From positions 1,389 through 65,388 of the forward strand of contig DATJVT010000240.1 in the NCBI GenBank assembly GCA_035501695.1: DNA of 64,000 nucleotides. Direction: 5' to 3'. Source of the DNA: Terriglobia bacterium. Lineage in GTDB: Bacteria > Acidobacteriota > Terriglobia > UBA7540. Below, piece by piece: positions 1 to 10,073 of the stretch (positions are counted from its first letter, which is position 1; each line of letters begins with the position of its first letter). The position numbers and the translations under genes were made by a program. The notes under the pieces are model-generated. The model was not told the DNA's origin. It did not search any database and saw nothing but the letters and a program-made list of their open reading frames with translations.

Positions 1-1150
1 GCAAATTGATATCGCGCAACAGGGGAACCCCGTCCTCATAGTCGAACTCCACCTGCTCGAAAGCGATCTCGCGCTCGAAGGTAGGCAGGGCCACGGCCCC
101 CGGCCTGTCCACCATCTCCGGTTCGGAGTCCAGGTAATGGAAGACCTGTTCGGATGCTCCCAGGGCCTGCTGGTAAGAGTTGCTGACTCCGGTCAATCGC
201 TTGACCGGCTCATAGGATTTCAGGAGGGTGAACAGAAACCCGATGAAGCCCCCGGTGGTTTGCGCGTGGTGCAAGATCTCCTGGCGCTCGTAAAACAGCA
301 ACCCCGCGATGGTTATGGCGCCGAGAACTTCCATGAGGGGCGAGGAGACAGCCTGGGCGCGCACCCATCGCAGGCTGACCCGCAGCAGACGGCGCGTGGT
401 GGCCTTGAATTTCTCGATCTCAAACGACTCCATGGCGAAGGCTTTTACGATGCGGATGCCGGAAAAGGTCTCCTGCAAAACATTGTTCAGGTCCGCCATT
501 TTATCCTGACTGCTGCGGCTGGAAGCACGAATGTAACGTCCAAGCCTGGCAGAGGGGAAAACCACCAGCGGAATGAGGATCATCGAGATGAGTGCCAAGA
601 CCCAATCGTAGTAAAAGAGCGCCGCGAGCAAGGCGATCAATGTGAAAGATTGCTTCAAGGTATCCGCCGCGGTTTGCGACACGGCATACTGAATGCGTTC
701 GATGTCACTCGTGATCGCAGACATCAGCCGCCCGGTGGGGTTCCGCGTGAAGAAAGATATCGATTGCCCAATGAGCTTTGAGTAGAGCAGGTTGCGCAGG
801 TCGCGCACCACCGAGTGACCGATGTAGTTGATGAAATAGGTGGCCAGAAATTCGGAGACCCCTTTGGCCAGCGCCACGGCCACGATGGTGATTGCCACCA
901 CAGTCCACACATTGTGGATCCAATGGGGAAGAAAATCCTCCAGGTAAACCGGGCGGTGAAGGAGGGGGAGCTGAAACAGGATGATTCCCGCGGTCTGGCC
1001 GCCCGGGGCCAGGACGCGGTCGAAAATCGGCTTGATCAGAAGTGCGGTGATGCCCTCCGACGCCCCGACCACGACCATCAATAGCACCGCCATCGCCAGG
1101 CGGAAGCTATAAGGGCGTATGAAACCAAGCAGGCGTTTAACTTGAATCAT
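1..1150 (-). CDS. ABC exporter, fused permease/ATPase, MsbA-like (N-terminal part only; 3' end lies outside the window)
   Basis: Not in the ORF track because it runs off the window edge. My translation of the minus strand from ATG 1150-1148 reads MIQVKRLLGFIRPYSFRLAMAVLLMVVVGASEGITALLIKPIFDRVL... It stays open to position 1 and ends ...FEREIAFEQVEFDYEDGVPLLRDINL, the start of the nucleotide-binding domain. Architecture is a type-1 ABC exporter TMD. Confidence 0.8.
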   Translation of the reverse strand, partial: MIQVKRLLGFIRPYSFRLAMAVLLMVVVGASEGITALLIKPIFDRVLAPGGQTAGIILFQLPLLHRPVYLEDFLPHWIHNVWTVVAITIVAVALAKGVSEFLATYFINYIGHSVVRDLRNLLYSKLIGQSISFFTRNPTGRLMSAITSDIERIQYAVSQTAADTLKQSFTLIALLAALFYYDWVLALISMILIPLVVFPSARLGRYIRASSRSSQDKMADLNNVLQETFSGIRIVKAFAMESFEIEKFKATTRRLLRVSLRWVRAQAVSSPLMEVLGAITIAGLLFYERQEILHHAQTTGGFIGFLFTLLKSYEPVKRLTGVSNSYQQALGASEQVFHYLDSEPEMVDRPGAVALPTFEREIAFEQVEFDYEDGVPLLRDINL

Positions 1151-1482
1151 TCTGGGTCGCTATATGCTCCGATGCCACAAAGGCGGGTTCGGCGCCACCG
1201 TCTTCCCGCCACGCAAGGCGGGAATTCTTCCAATCTTCTCAAGAACAAGAATGGTAGCGACGCCGTCGTGCGAACGTCAAGAAAATAGCGACAGCGGCTG
1301 CGAGCCGGTGCGCCGGCAATGGCGGCATCTTACTCATATAGAAGCAGTTACGATGATTTCTTGGCCGAATTATTTTCATTACTAGTTAGTACATAGGCCT
1401 GCCGCGCCGGCGGGCAATCTCTTGAAAATCGGCAGGCAGCCGACCCAAGCCTTCTCCCCCGAGAATCGGGCGGCAAACCCGG

Positions 1483-2430
1483 CTAAAAGTTGGCCAGAGC
1501 CATCGCCGCCGCCCCGTATAGGGGAGAATAGTTCCCTAACATTGCCGTAACAATTTCAGTGGAGTATTTGATCGTGGGCGACGCGAATTCGTCGAGGAAA
1601 CTATGAAGGGTGTCGAGCAGCAGCGTCCCCGACTGCGCCACTCCCCCGCCCAGCACGATGACATCAGGATTCAGGATACGGATGATCATCATCAAGCCGC
1701 GAGCGAGCCAGCGCACCGTTTCGCGGAGGATGTGGGTAGCGGCCACGTCGCCTTCGGCCGCGGCCAGCATCAAGCCCCTGGCGGTGATTTCCCCACCTCC
1801 GCTCAACTCGATCATGCGCTCCACGCGTTCCGGCCGGCGCTCCGCCCATTCCCGTGCCCGGGTTTCAATGGCGCGCGCAGAACTGAACGATTCCAGGCAC
1901 CCGCGGCCGCCACAGGAGCAACGCGCTCCCGAGTCCGACACGGGGACATGGCCAAGTTCTCCCGCCAGGTAATCCTTGCCCCGCAAGAGCCTGCCTTCGT
2001 GAATGATGCCGCTGCCGATGCCCGTGCTGATGGTGACATAAACCAATGACTTGGCACCCCGGCCCGCGCCATAGTGGTATTCGCCCAGAGCTCCGGCGTT
2101 GGCATCGTTATCGAGCCGGCAGGGTACACCCAGAGTCTCTTCCACCCATCTTTTCAGCTCGAAACCTTGCCATCCGGATGCGTGGACTGAGGTCACACTT
2201 TGGCGGAGGAAGTCCACCGGCCCCCCGAAACTGAGACCGCATGCCTTGACGGGAGCGTCTGTCTGGGCAATGAGTTCGCGGCTTCGATCGGCGATCTGGC
2301 TGAGCATCCAATCGCGCCCGGCCACGGGGTCGGTGTCGCCCTCCGCCACCACCAGGCGACGCCCCTGCTCGTCGAACAGGCCGGTGCGAAAGTGGGTGCC
2401 GCCGATGTCAACCGCCAATACATTGTTCAC
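1483..2430 (-). CDS. ROK family sugar kinase (glucokinase-like)
   Basis: ORF 1483..2442. Contains the DIGGTHFR ATP-binding start and the ROK Cys motif CSCGGRGCLE. I prefer GTG at 2430 because GGAGG lies 5 nt upstream; TTG at 2442 is the alternative. Confidence 0.85.
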   Translation of the reverse strand: MNNVLAVDIGGTHFRTGLFDEQGRRLVVAEGDTDPVAGRDWMLSQIADRSRELIAQTDAPVKACGLSFGGPVDFLRQSVTSVHASGWQGFELKRWVEETLGVPCRLDNDANAGALGEYHYGAGRGAKSLVYVTISTGIGSGIIHEGRLLRGKDYLAGELGHVPVSDSGARCSCGGRGCLESFSSARAIETRAREWAERRPERVERMIELSGGGEITARGLMLAAAEGDVAATHILRETVRWLARGLMMIIRILNPDVIVLGGGVAQSGTLLLDTLHSFLDEFASPTIKYSTEIVTAMLGNYSPLYGAAAMALANF

Positions 2431-2445
2431 GAGGGCCTCCAAAAG

Positions 2446-2505
2446 CAGGGGTCAGGGATGGGGGCCTAGGGAAAAGATAAGCCGCCCCGAACCCCTGACC
2501 CCTGA
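2446..2505. repeat. Heptamer-arm hairpin element E1 (GGGGTCA/GGGATGG/GGGCCTA/GGGAAAA versus CCCCGAA/CCCCTGA/CCCCTGA)
   Basis: Period-7 arrays at 2448-2475 and 2485-2505 are reverse-complementary. The element fills the whole rapZ-ROK spacer and starts 3 nt after the rapZ stop in minus-strand sense. Confidence 0.75.
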
Positions 2506-2508
2506 TTC

Positions 2509-3396
2509 CTATCTTCCAATGTCCCGATGCAATACCTTGGCCTTGTAGCCTTCGTGGACCAAAGCGTCTGCCACTGCCTCGGTCAGGAAAACCGAGCGGT
2601 GCCTTCCGCCCGTGCAGCCGATGGCAATCGTCAGATAGCTCTTCCCTTCCCGGACAAACTGCGGGAGCAGGTAGAGGAGCAAGTCCATCAGCCGGCTCAT
2701 GAACTCGTGGGTTTGTGGGTACGAGTCCATGAAGCGCCTCACGCCCATGTCGCGTCCGGTCTTGTTTTTCAGCCGGGGAACATAGTTGGGATTGGGCAGG
2801 AAGCGCACGTCGAAGACGAGGTCGGCATCCAGCGGGATCCCGAAACGGTAGCCGAATGAGACCGTTGAAATCAACATCGACTGGCGTGCTGCCATGCCGC
2901 CGAAGCGGGTTTGAATCAGGTCGCGCAGTTCATGAACGTTGAGCCGCGTAGTGTCAATCACCACGCTGGCAAGCTGGCGCATGGGCTTGAGCAACATGCG
3001 CTCCAGGCGAATTCCTTCGCGCACCGGCAAGTCTCGTCCCAACGGGTGTGGTCGCCGGGTTTCCTCGAAGCGCCGGATCAAGGCCTTATCCGAGGCTTCC
3101 AGAAAAACCAGGGAAGGCCGCAGGTTGGCGCGCGTCAGGTCGCGATAGAGCGTGGGAAGCTGGCTTAAGGCCTCGCCACCGCGAATGTCGACCACAGCGG
3201 CAGCACGGTCCATGCCGTTGCCCCCCCGCTGGCACATTTCTCCGAACTTTGGAATCAGGTCAATGGGGAGATTGTCAACGCAGTGGTAACCAAGGTCCTC
3301 AAAAGCCTTTAAGACGGAGTCCTTCCCGGAACCACTCAAGCCGGTGATGAGCACGAATTGTTTCGTGCGCTTGTCCGCGGTGGCTTTCTTCTTCAT
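2509..3396 (-). CDS. rapZ: RNase adapter protein RapZ (YhbJ/YvcJ family P-loop NTPase)
   Basis: 295 aa with Walker A GLSGSGKDS near the N-terminus and conserved ...IAIGCTGGRHRSV... near the C-terminus. Confidence 0.9.
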   Translation of the reverse strand: MKKKATADKRTKQFVLITGLSGSGKDSVLKAFEDLGYHCVDNLPIDLIPKFGEMCQRGGNGMDRAAAVVDIRGGEALSQLPTLYRDLTRANLRPSLVFLEASDKALIRRFEETRRPHPLGRDLPVREGIRLERMLLKPMRQLASVVIDTTRLNVHELRDLIQTRFGGMAARQSMLISTVSFGYRFGIPLDADLVFDVRFLPNPNYVPRLKNKTGRDMGVRRFMDSYPQTHEFMSRLMDLLLYLLPQFVREGKSYLTIAIGCTGGRHRSVFLTEAVADALVHEGYKAKVLHRDIGR

Positions 3397-3563
3397 GGGG
3401 AAGTTTACAGCCCGCCGTCCTTCTTCCGGCGTCAGGGGGGATTATGAATGAGGAAGCGGCAATAATGAAGAGGATTTATGTGGGACGAGTCCGCCGTGCA
3501 CACTGCGGGAGGGTGGCCGGGGTGCAGACCGGTGCTCCCCGGCCACTCGCCTTGGCAAACCCA

Positions 3564-4409
3564 CTACACGTTCAGCTTCTGAAGGTACGGGACGCTGGCT
3601 TGCATCAAGTCCCAATCCATTTCGACAAAATAGTTCTGGATGCCCCCCGTTTTGGCCGCGGTGAAGAGTTTGTTCCAGTCGATGGAGCCCGCTCCCATGG
3701 CCACGATCTTCTTCTGGTCGTTCGACCAGTCCACGAGATGGAGCGAAATAAAGCGGCCGGGATACTTGGTCAGATAGGTGGCCGCTTCATAGCCGAGGCT
3801 GATGACGGCCACTTGAAACTGCATCTTGACCAGCGTCGGATCCAACGCCTTCATCAGCTCGTCATAGATCAGCACGCCATCGATTTCCCTGAATTCAAAG
3901 TTGTGGTTGTGGAACCCGAGCTGAATGCCGGCCTTTTGGGTTTGTTCGCCGAGCTTGTTCATCTCGCCGGCCGCTTGTGTCCAATCCGCCATGGGAGCGT
4001 CATGCCGCAGCGCAAAGGTCGAGACGATCATCTGCTTCAGACCCAACTCCTTCGCAAATGCGATTCTATCGTCAAGGCTTTCCTTAAGCTCCTTGAACTG
4101 GAAGTGACAACTCACGCAGCCCAATCCCGCCTCCTGGATGGCTTGACGGATTCCTGTGGCTTTAAGGTCGGCCAGCCGGCCAAAGTCGTTCTTCCCATAG
4201 CTGAAGGGCGAGCACATCTCGATCATCCGGTATCCCCCCGCGGCAATCTGCCGGAGAGTACCCGCAAAATCCTTTCCGATCGATTCCCGCAGGGGATAGG
4301 TCTGACACCCGATGGGCATTCCCAGCGGACTGGCTTTAAGGCCCATCGCCGCCAAGGCCACGCCCGTGGCGCTTCCATAAAGAAACTGCCTTCTGGATAA
4401 TGTCTGCAT
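3564..4409 (-). CDS. Sugar phosphate isomerase/epimerase (xylose isomerase-like TIM barrel) with Tat signal
   Basis: ORF 3564..4586. The internal ATG at 4409 gives MQTLSRRQFLYGSATGVALAAMG, a twin-arginine signal. The remainder is AP-endonuclease-2/TIM-barrel-like. Confidence 0.8.
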   Translation of the reverse strand: MQTLSRRQFLYGSATGVALAAMGLKASPLGMPIGCQTYPLRESIGKDFAGTLRQIAAGGYRMIEMCSPFSYGKNDFGRLADLKATGIRQAIQEAGLGCVSCHFQFKELKESLDDRIAFAKELGLKQMIVSTFALRHDAPMADWTQAAGEMNKLGEQTQKAGIQLGFHNHNFEFREIDGVLIYDELMKALDPTLVKMQFQVAVISLGYEAATYLTKYPGRFISLHLVDWSNDQKKIVAMGAGSIDWNKLFTAAKTGGIQNYFVEMDWDLMQASVPYLQKLNV

Positions 4410-4422
4410 ATCTAAACTCCTT

Positions 4423-5952
4423 TCAGACGGATTGAGGATCCCAGCCCTTGCGATATTCCCGGGACAGGTATTTATTTGCATCCTGGAAATTGGTAATCTT
4501 CCGGCTCGCCGCGTCATAGACCAATTTCTTACCGGTGCGCAAAGCAATCGCGTACAGGTTAACCGCCTCGGAAATCGGCCAGGCATAAGAGAAGCTCCCG
4601 CTTGATTGGGGTCCGCCCTTGGTCGCGGCCATCCATTCGCGCATGCTCGGCGATACCTCCGCCGGCTTCATGGCTCCTGGGGCAGGGGGGGGCGGCGCCG
4701 CATACCTGCGCATTCTTCGTTCGGGAATCAATCGCGCATGATCCACGTGAAAGCCTGCCAGAATCTTGCCCTTGCGCCCGACGAACATCATGCCTTCGGC
4801 GGGAAGGTCCTTGTGGTCCTCCTCCAACTCCGGCGGCGTGGGCGGCCGCATCCCGCCCTCATACCAGATCAAATCGACCGCGGCCCGTGTACCGCGCGCG
4901 GGGAACTTGAACCGCGCACAACTCGCCGTGGGGAAGGAGAAGTCATTCTTAACCGTCATTGCGACATTATCCTTGAAATCGCAGGTGTGACTCAGGATGG
5001 GTTCAACGCTCGTGGGGTTTTCGAGTTCCAGCGCCCGGAAGACCGTCCAGAGGCTGTAATGGCCCATGTCGGCCATGGACCCGCCTCCGAAGTCATACCA
5101 TCCGCGAAATACCATGTGGGTGTAATTGGGGTGATACGGACGTTCGGCCTCCGGCCCAAGCCAAAGATCCCAGTCAAAGCCATCGGGAACCGGGGGCGTG
5201 TCGGTGGGTAGACTCGTGTACTGCGGCCACACGGGGCGGTTCGTCCAGTTGTGAACCTCCAGGAGAGTGCCGATGGCGCCTCCCCTAATCCAGGCCATGA
5301 CCTGCTTCATCGATCCGTTAAACTCCCACGGCACAAAGTGCGTGGCGACGCCCTTCTGGTGCGCTGTGTCGATCACCAGCCGGGCTTCCTCCAGCCGGTT
5401 GGCGATGGGCTTATGCAGGATCACGTGCTTGCCCTGCTTCATGGCGGCAATGCTGACGACGCCGTGCAGATGGTCCGGCGTCATGATCTTGACGGCATCC
5501 ACATCCTTTTCCTTCGCCAGTAGTTCCCGAAAGTCCGCATAAGAGGAGCAGCCCTGGAATGTCCCGCCCGGCCGTTGGCCGGCGTAGTAGGTCTCGACGA
5601 TATCCTTGGCAACATCCCGGCCTCCCGGAATGACACCCTCTGTGCCGGCTCTCCAGTCTGGCTTTCCTAACGTTTTGCGAATCTCTCGGAGAAGTCCTTC
5701 TTTTGACCAATCCCGATACCCGACCGCATCCCGGCAGGGGTCGCAGACCGAGACAATCTGGATTTCCGGAATGGCGAGCAGGGGCAGCATCTCCCGCAGG
5801 CCCTCCGTGCCCGTACCGATGTGAGCGAGAGTGATCTTGTCGCTGGGGGGCACGAACCCGGGTCCGCCCAACACATGCCTCGGAACAATCGTAAAGGCCG
5901 CAGACGCGGCTGCCGTTCCCAGAAACTTGCGGCGATTCATTACCGATGTCAT
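4423..5952 (-). CDS. Gfo/Idh/MocA family oxidoreductase with Tat signal
   Basis: ORF 4423..6012. ATG at 5952 gives MTSVMNRRKFLGTAAASAAFT, followed by a Rossmann N-domain (...LAHIGTGTEG...). It lies 13 nt upstream of the isomerase gene. Confidence 0.85.
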   Translation of the reverse strand: MTSVMNRRKFLGTAAASAAFTIVPRHVLGGPGFVPPSDKITLAHIGTGTEGLREMLPLLAIPEIQIVSVCDPCRDAVGYRDWSKEGLLREIRKTLGKPDWRAGTEGVIPGGRDVAKDIVETYYAGQRPGGTFQGCSSYADFRELLAKEKDVDAVKIMTPDHLHGVVSIAAMKQGKHVILHKPIANRLEEARLVIDTAHQKGVATHFVPWEFNGSMKQVMAWIRGGAIGTLLEVHNWTNRPVWPQYTSLPTDTPPVPDGFDWDLWLGPEAERPYHPNYTHMVFRGWYDFGGGSMADMGHYSLWTVFRALELENPTSVEPILSHTCDFKDNVAMTVKNDFSFPTASCARFKFPARGTRAAVDLIWYEGGMRPPTPPELEEDHKDLPAEGMMFVGRKGKILAGFHVDHARLIPERRMRRYAAPPPPAPGAMKPAEVSPSMREWMAATKGGPQSSGSFSYAWPISEAVNLYAIALRTGKKLVYDAASRKITNFQDANKYLSREYRKGWDPQSV

Positions 5953-6143
5953 CTTCCCACCTCGTGGCGTATACTGGCCGCCGAACCTTTTTTGAATTCC
6001 TCCTGTGGCCACCCACGGTTAGCTTGCCAGGGGCCGCAGGAGTAAACGCGGCATCATACTCCGCGAGCGGAACGGAAGCAATGCCGACCCGGAATCCACT
6101 TTGCTTGGGAATCTCCCTTCAGCAGAATATAATCTAATTCATC

Positions 6144-7184
6144 ATGGATGAACGGATTCGGTTGACCGGGATGGTCAAGGCAGCGGGTTGAGCGGCCAAG
6201 TTGAGTCCAAGGATTTTGGACTCGGTCCTCACGCGGTTGCCCAAACAATTCGACCCCAACGTGTTGGTAGGATTCGACACCGCCGACGACGCCGGAGTGT
6301 ATCAACTCTCGCCCGAAATGGCGCTGGTCCAAACGGTGGATTTTTTCACACCTATCGTGGACGACCCCTTTACTTTCGGCCAGATTGCCGCTGCCAACTC
6401 GCTGAGCGATGTGTATGCCATGGGCGGGCGCCCGATTTCCGCTCTTTCTATCGTCGGATTTCCCAATACCGGTCGCGATGTCGAGGTTCTCGAAAAAATC
6501 CTTCAGGGGGGCCTGACCAAAATGCAGGAAGCTGGCTGCACGGTAATTGGCGGGCACTCCATTGGTGACGAAGAAATCAAATTTGGTTACGCCGTGACCG
6601 GAGTCGTAAACCCCCAGCGCATTTGGAGAAATGTGGGAGCGCGGCCGGGCGACCGTCTGGTCCTGACCAAGCGTTTGGGCACCGGCGTGATCGGAACGGC
6701 CTTGAAGAAGGATGCAGCGGCGAAAGCGACAGTTGACGCCGCGATTCTTTCCATGTGCAGTCTCAACCGGAGCGGTATGGAAGCCGCTTTGCCGCTGGAA
6801 GTCCACGCTGCCACTGACGTGACGGGCTTCGGCCTGCTCGGTCATGCGCGGGAAATGGCGTTAGGGAGCAAGGTGAGCTTTACTATCCAGTCAGATCGAG
6901 TCACCTTTTTGCCGGAAGCATGCGAACTCGCGCAAAAGGGCTTTCTGCCGGGCGGGTTGAGGCGAAACCAGGAGTTCATTGCCGAATGCGTGAAGTTTGC
7001 CCCCGGCGTCCCGGAAGAGATTCGAAACCTGCTATACGACCCACAGACTTCCGGCGGGCTCATTTTCTCCGTATCCACCGCAGATGCAATACGGCTATTG
7101 GAAGCTTTGCGCGCCCAGGGCGTCACTGCGCAGGAAGTAGGGGAAGTCGTCGACAAAGCTCACCCCCTCATCCAGGTGCGCTAG
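6144..7184 (+). CDS. selD: Selenide, water dikinase (selenophosphate synthetase) with in-frame UGA selenocysteine at 6189-6191
   Basis: The track ORF 6201..7184 lacks the catalytic N-terminus. Reading the same frame from ATG 6144 gives MDERIRLTGMVKAAG-TGA-AAKLSPRILDSVL. This aligns with E. coli SelD ...SHGAGCGCKISPKVLE, placing the TGA at the Cys17 position. The rest is a full AIR-synthase-like SelD. Confidence 0.85.
6203..6223 (+). promoter_or_regulatory. Candidate bacterial SECIS hairpin for the selD UGA
   Basis: GAGTCCAA-GGATT-TTGGACTC forms a perfect 8-bp stem with a 5-nt loop containing GG and U. It starts 11 nt after the UGA, the spacing typical of bacterial SECIS elements. Confidence 0.6.
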
Positions 7185-7338
7185 CCCGTTATCAATCACC
7201 TAAACCGTCGAGGCAACCAAGGGCCTGATTTCTGTCGTCTTCCCAATGATCCATTGATGGAATGCCCCGGTGACCCAATAGAATAGTCCTCCACTCCTGC
7301 ATTGCGCCTATGGCCATTCGCAGGTTAAGATTGCGACG

Positions 7339-7977
7339 ATGAAAAAAGAAATTCCTACGCAACTAATTGTTGGTTTGGGAATTCTGCTGATCGGCGGACT
7401 AATTGTCGGGGGCGAGTTTCTCCTTGTGAAATGGTATCCCGGGCACAAGGAGGCCTTGAAGAAGGAAGCGCGAGCCCTTTCCCCTTACAAAAATGATGGT
7501 CTGGGAATTGAAATGCAGGTGGCGGCAGGTATTAACGGGAAGGTGGAGGTCTTTTCGGGTGGGGTCCGGATCTCTTCCTCCAGGTTTTGGAGCGTGGGGC
7601 CGTCCATCACCGTAACCTCGCAGCCCAATCCCGACCGGGCCGGCGAGTTCACACCGGTGGACCTGGCCAAATGGGAAAGCGATGGCGTTACGCAAGAGCT
7701 TGCCCGCTATCACTTCGAACACGCCCGCATCAACGACCGCGACGCGGTTTTGATTTGGCAGTTGAAAGCTCACGGGATGACGCTCACGGCGCACATTATC
7801 GCCCCGGACCGCATTGTGGAAGCAACCTGCGAAATCGGCCACACGGACGAGGATATCTACATGCAGGCTTGTGACGACACGGTGCGGACCATCAAGCTGG
7901 AGGGACCGCCATCTCCGCCGCCTTCCACCTCGGGCGAAGCGGAAACCACCCCTGGCAAGCCGGCGGCAAAACCCTAG
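7339..7977 (+). CDS. Hypothetical membrane-anchored protein with Pro-rich C-terminal tail
   Basis: 212-aa ORF with an N-terminal TM helix (LIVGLGILLIGGLIVGG) and the tail PPSPPPSTSGEAETTPGKPAAKP. No family recognised. Confidence 0.5.
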   Translation: MKKEIPTQLIVGLGILLIGGLIVGGEFLLVKWYPGHKEALKKEARALSPYKNDGLGIEMQVAAGINGKVEVFSGGVRISSSRFWSVGPSITVTSQPNPDRAGEFTPVDLAKWESDGVTQELARYHFEHARINDRDAVLIWQLKAHGMTLTAHIIAPDRIVEATCEIGHTDEDIYMQACDDTVRTIKLEGPPSPPPSTSGEAETTPGKPAAKP

Positions 7978-7990
7978 CAGAGGAGGGCTG

Positions 7991-9223
7991 GTGAGTCACA
8001 CCGCGCCAAAGTGGGAATGCATTGAAGGCGATCTGGCTACCCCGTTGGGATTTCGGACGGCAGCCGTTGCAGCCGGACTTAAGAAGAAGCGCGATGCCTT
8101 GGATCTGGCGCTGATCTTCTCCGATTCACCCGCGACGACAGCCGCCGGAGTTTTTACCACCAATCGAGTGGCCGCGGCTCCGGTCCTGATTTCACGCCGG
8201 CACCTCGATGCCAGCCGGGGCCATTGCCGCGCCATCGTCGTCAATTCCGGGAATGCCAACGCCTGCACTGGGAGCGAGGGCATACGCGCCGCGGAGGAAA
8301 TAGCCAGCCGCACCGCGGATTTGCTAGGTATCAAGCCCTTCGAGGTCCTGGTGGCATCGACGGGCGTCATCGGGGTCAAGCTCGACACCCTCCTTGTACT
8401 TCAACAACTCTCCACATTGAGGGATGGGCTCTCCCGGGAACATGCCAAAGACACGGCACGTGCCATCATGACCACCGACACCGTCCCTAAAATCTGCGTG
8501 GTGCGATCGGAGGTGAAAGGCAAGGCCGTTAACATTGCCGGAATTGCCAAGGGGGCGGGCATGATTCATCCCCACATGGCGACCATGCTGTCTTTCATCA
8601 CGACCGATGTCGCCTTGGGGGAGCGCATGCTGCACAACCTGCTCATCGGGGCGGTAAGTGAATCTTTTAACCGCGTCACGGTGGACGGCGACACCTCAAC
8701 TAATGACACGGCTCTGATACTCGCCAGCGGCCTTTCGGAAGTTGCGGTGATACCCGGCAACGAAAGCCGCGCCTGGTTTGAAGAGGGGCTGACACTCCTC
8801 TGCCAGACGCTGGCCCGCATGATCGCGCGCGACGGCGAGGGGGCTTCCAAGTTGGTCACGGTGGAAGTGGTGGGGGCGGGCACTTCCCATGATGCCGAAC
8901 TGGTAGCGCGCGCCATTGCCAATTCGCCCCTGGTAAAAACTGCCCTGGCGGGATCCGACCCGAATTGGGGACGCATTATTTGCGCCGCGGGCTATTCCGG
9001 CGCGAAATTCGACCCCGAAAAGGTCGACATTACCGTGAACCAAATGCCGCTGTGCCGCAAAGGAGTCGATACCGGCTTTGACGAAGCAGTCGCTCATCGC
9101 GAACTCGACCAGAAAGAGGTCCTGTTGCGAGTGGACCTCCATACCGGAAGCGCCACTGCCCGGATCTGGACCTGCGACTTTACGCGGGAATACATCGATA
9201 TCAATGCGTCTTATCGGACTTAG
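7991..9223 (+). CDS. argJ: Bifunctional ornithine acetyltransferase / N-acetylglutamate synthase ArgJ
   Basis: ORF 7814..9223. GTG at 7991 is preceded by AGGAGG at 7981-7986. Contains the self-cleavage motif ...HPHMATMLSFITTD and the C-terminal ...DFTREYIDINASYRT typical of ArgJ. Confidence 0.9.
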   Translation: MSHTAPKWECIEGDLATPLGFRTAAVAAGLKKKRDALDLALIFSDSPATTAAGVFTTNRVAAAPVLISRRHLDASRGHCRAIVVNSGNANACTGSEGIRAAEEIASRTADLLGIKPFEVLVASTGVIGVKLDTLLVLQQLSTLRDGLSREHAKDTARAIMTTDTVPKICVVRSEVKGKAVNIAGIAKGAGMIHPHMATMLSFITTDVALGERMLHNLLIGAVSESFNRVTVDGDTSTNDTALILASGLSEVAVIPGNESRAWFEEGLTLLCQTLARMIARDGEGASKLVTVEVVGAGTSHDAELVARAIANSPLVKTALAGSDPNWGRIICAAGYSGAKFDPEKVDITVNQMPLCRKGVDTGFDEAVAHRELDQKEVLLRVDLHTGSATARIWTCDFTREYIDINASYRT

Positions 9224-9229
9224 TGAACG

Positions 9230-10036
9230 CTAGATGGGTAACTCCGCAGGCGCCCCGAAAGGTTGTTGCTCGTAGTCGAGCACCGCGCCTGAGACCAATT
9301 CATTGGTGGCGAAAAACAGAACTGCTCTGGCAATATCCGCGGGCAAGAGCATGCGGCCGAAAGGGCGCGACTTGGCAGCCTCATCCACCCAGTTCTCTCC
9401 TTTGCCTTCCAGCACCGTAAAAACATGGCGCTCCCCTTCCGTCAGGGTCCAGCCGGGGTTGACCTGATTCACACGAATACGATACGGGGTCAGGTAATTC
9501 GCCAGGTTCCGCGTAAATGTCATCAGCGCGGCCTTGGAGGAGGAGTAAGGCAACAGCCGCTTTAGCCCGAAATAGGCGTTCCCGGAGCCGATATTGACGA
9601 TGCAGCCGCTCCGGCGCTCCTTCATGTGGCGCACCGCTTCCTGGCATAGCAGGAACGGGGCGCGCACATTCACCTCGAAGATCTCATTCCACAATTCGGT
9701 TGAAGTATCCTCGATGGTGCCACGACTGACGACCGCGGCATTGTTCACCAGGATGTCTACACGCCCGAATCGCCCCAGCGCGCTGCGAATGATGCTGCGG
9801 CAGTGAGTCTCATCCCGCAAATCCCCCGTTACAAGAAGCGCTTGGCTGCCGGCCGCCTCGATGGCCGCGGCCACCTTTTCTCCACCCGCCCGTTGGCTTT
9901 CGCGCCCGTGCACAAGCAGGGAAGCGCCGTGCTCGGCGAGTTTGAGGGCGATTCCCCCGCCAATGCCTTGTGTCGAGCCTGTGACCACCGCCACTTGGCC
10001 CGCCAAGGGTTGTTTTCCGGCAATTTTGTCGTCCAT
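9230..10036 (-). CDS. SDR family oxidoreductase
   Basis: ORF 9230..10180. ATG at 10036 gives MDDKIAGKQPLAGQVAVVTGSTQGIGGGIA, which includes the TGxxxGIG cofactor motif. It also has NNAA and a YSSSK catalytic motif. Confidence 0.85.
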   Translation of the reverse strand: MDDKIAGKQPLAGQVAVVTGSTQGIGGGIALKLAEHGASLLVHGRESQRAGGEKVAAAIEAAGSQALLVTGDLRDETHCRSIIRSALGRFGRVDILVNNAAVVSRGTIEDTSTELWNEIFEVNVRAPFLLCQEAVRHMKERRSGCIVNIGSGNAYFGLKRLLPYSSSKAALMTFTRNLANYLTPYRIRVNQVNPGWTLTEGERHVFTVLEGKGENWVDEAAKSRPFGRMLLPADIARAVLFFATNELVSGAVLDYEQQPFGAPAELPI

Positions 10037-10073
10037 GAGTCCCTCCCGTCTCCGTCGAAAAGCCCGCACTCGT

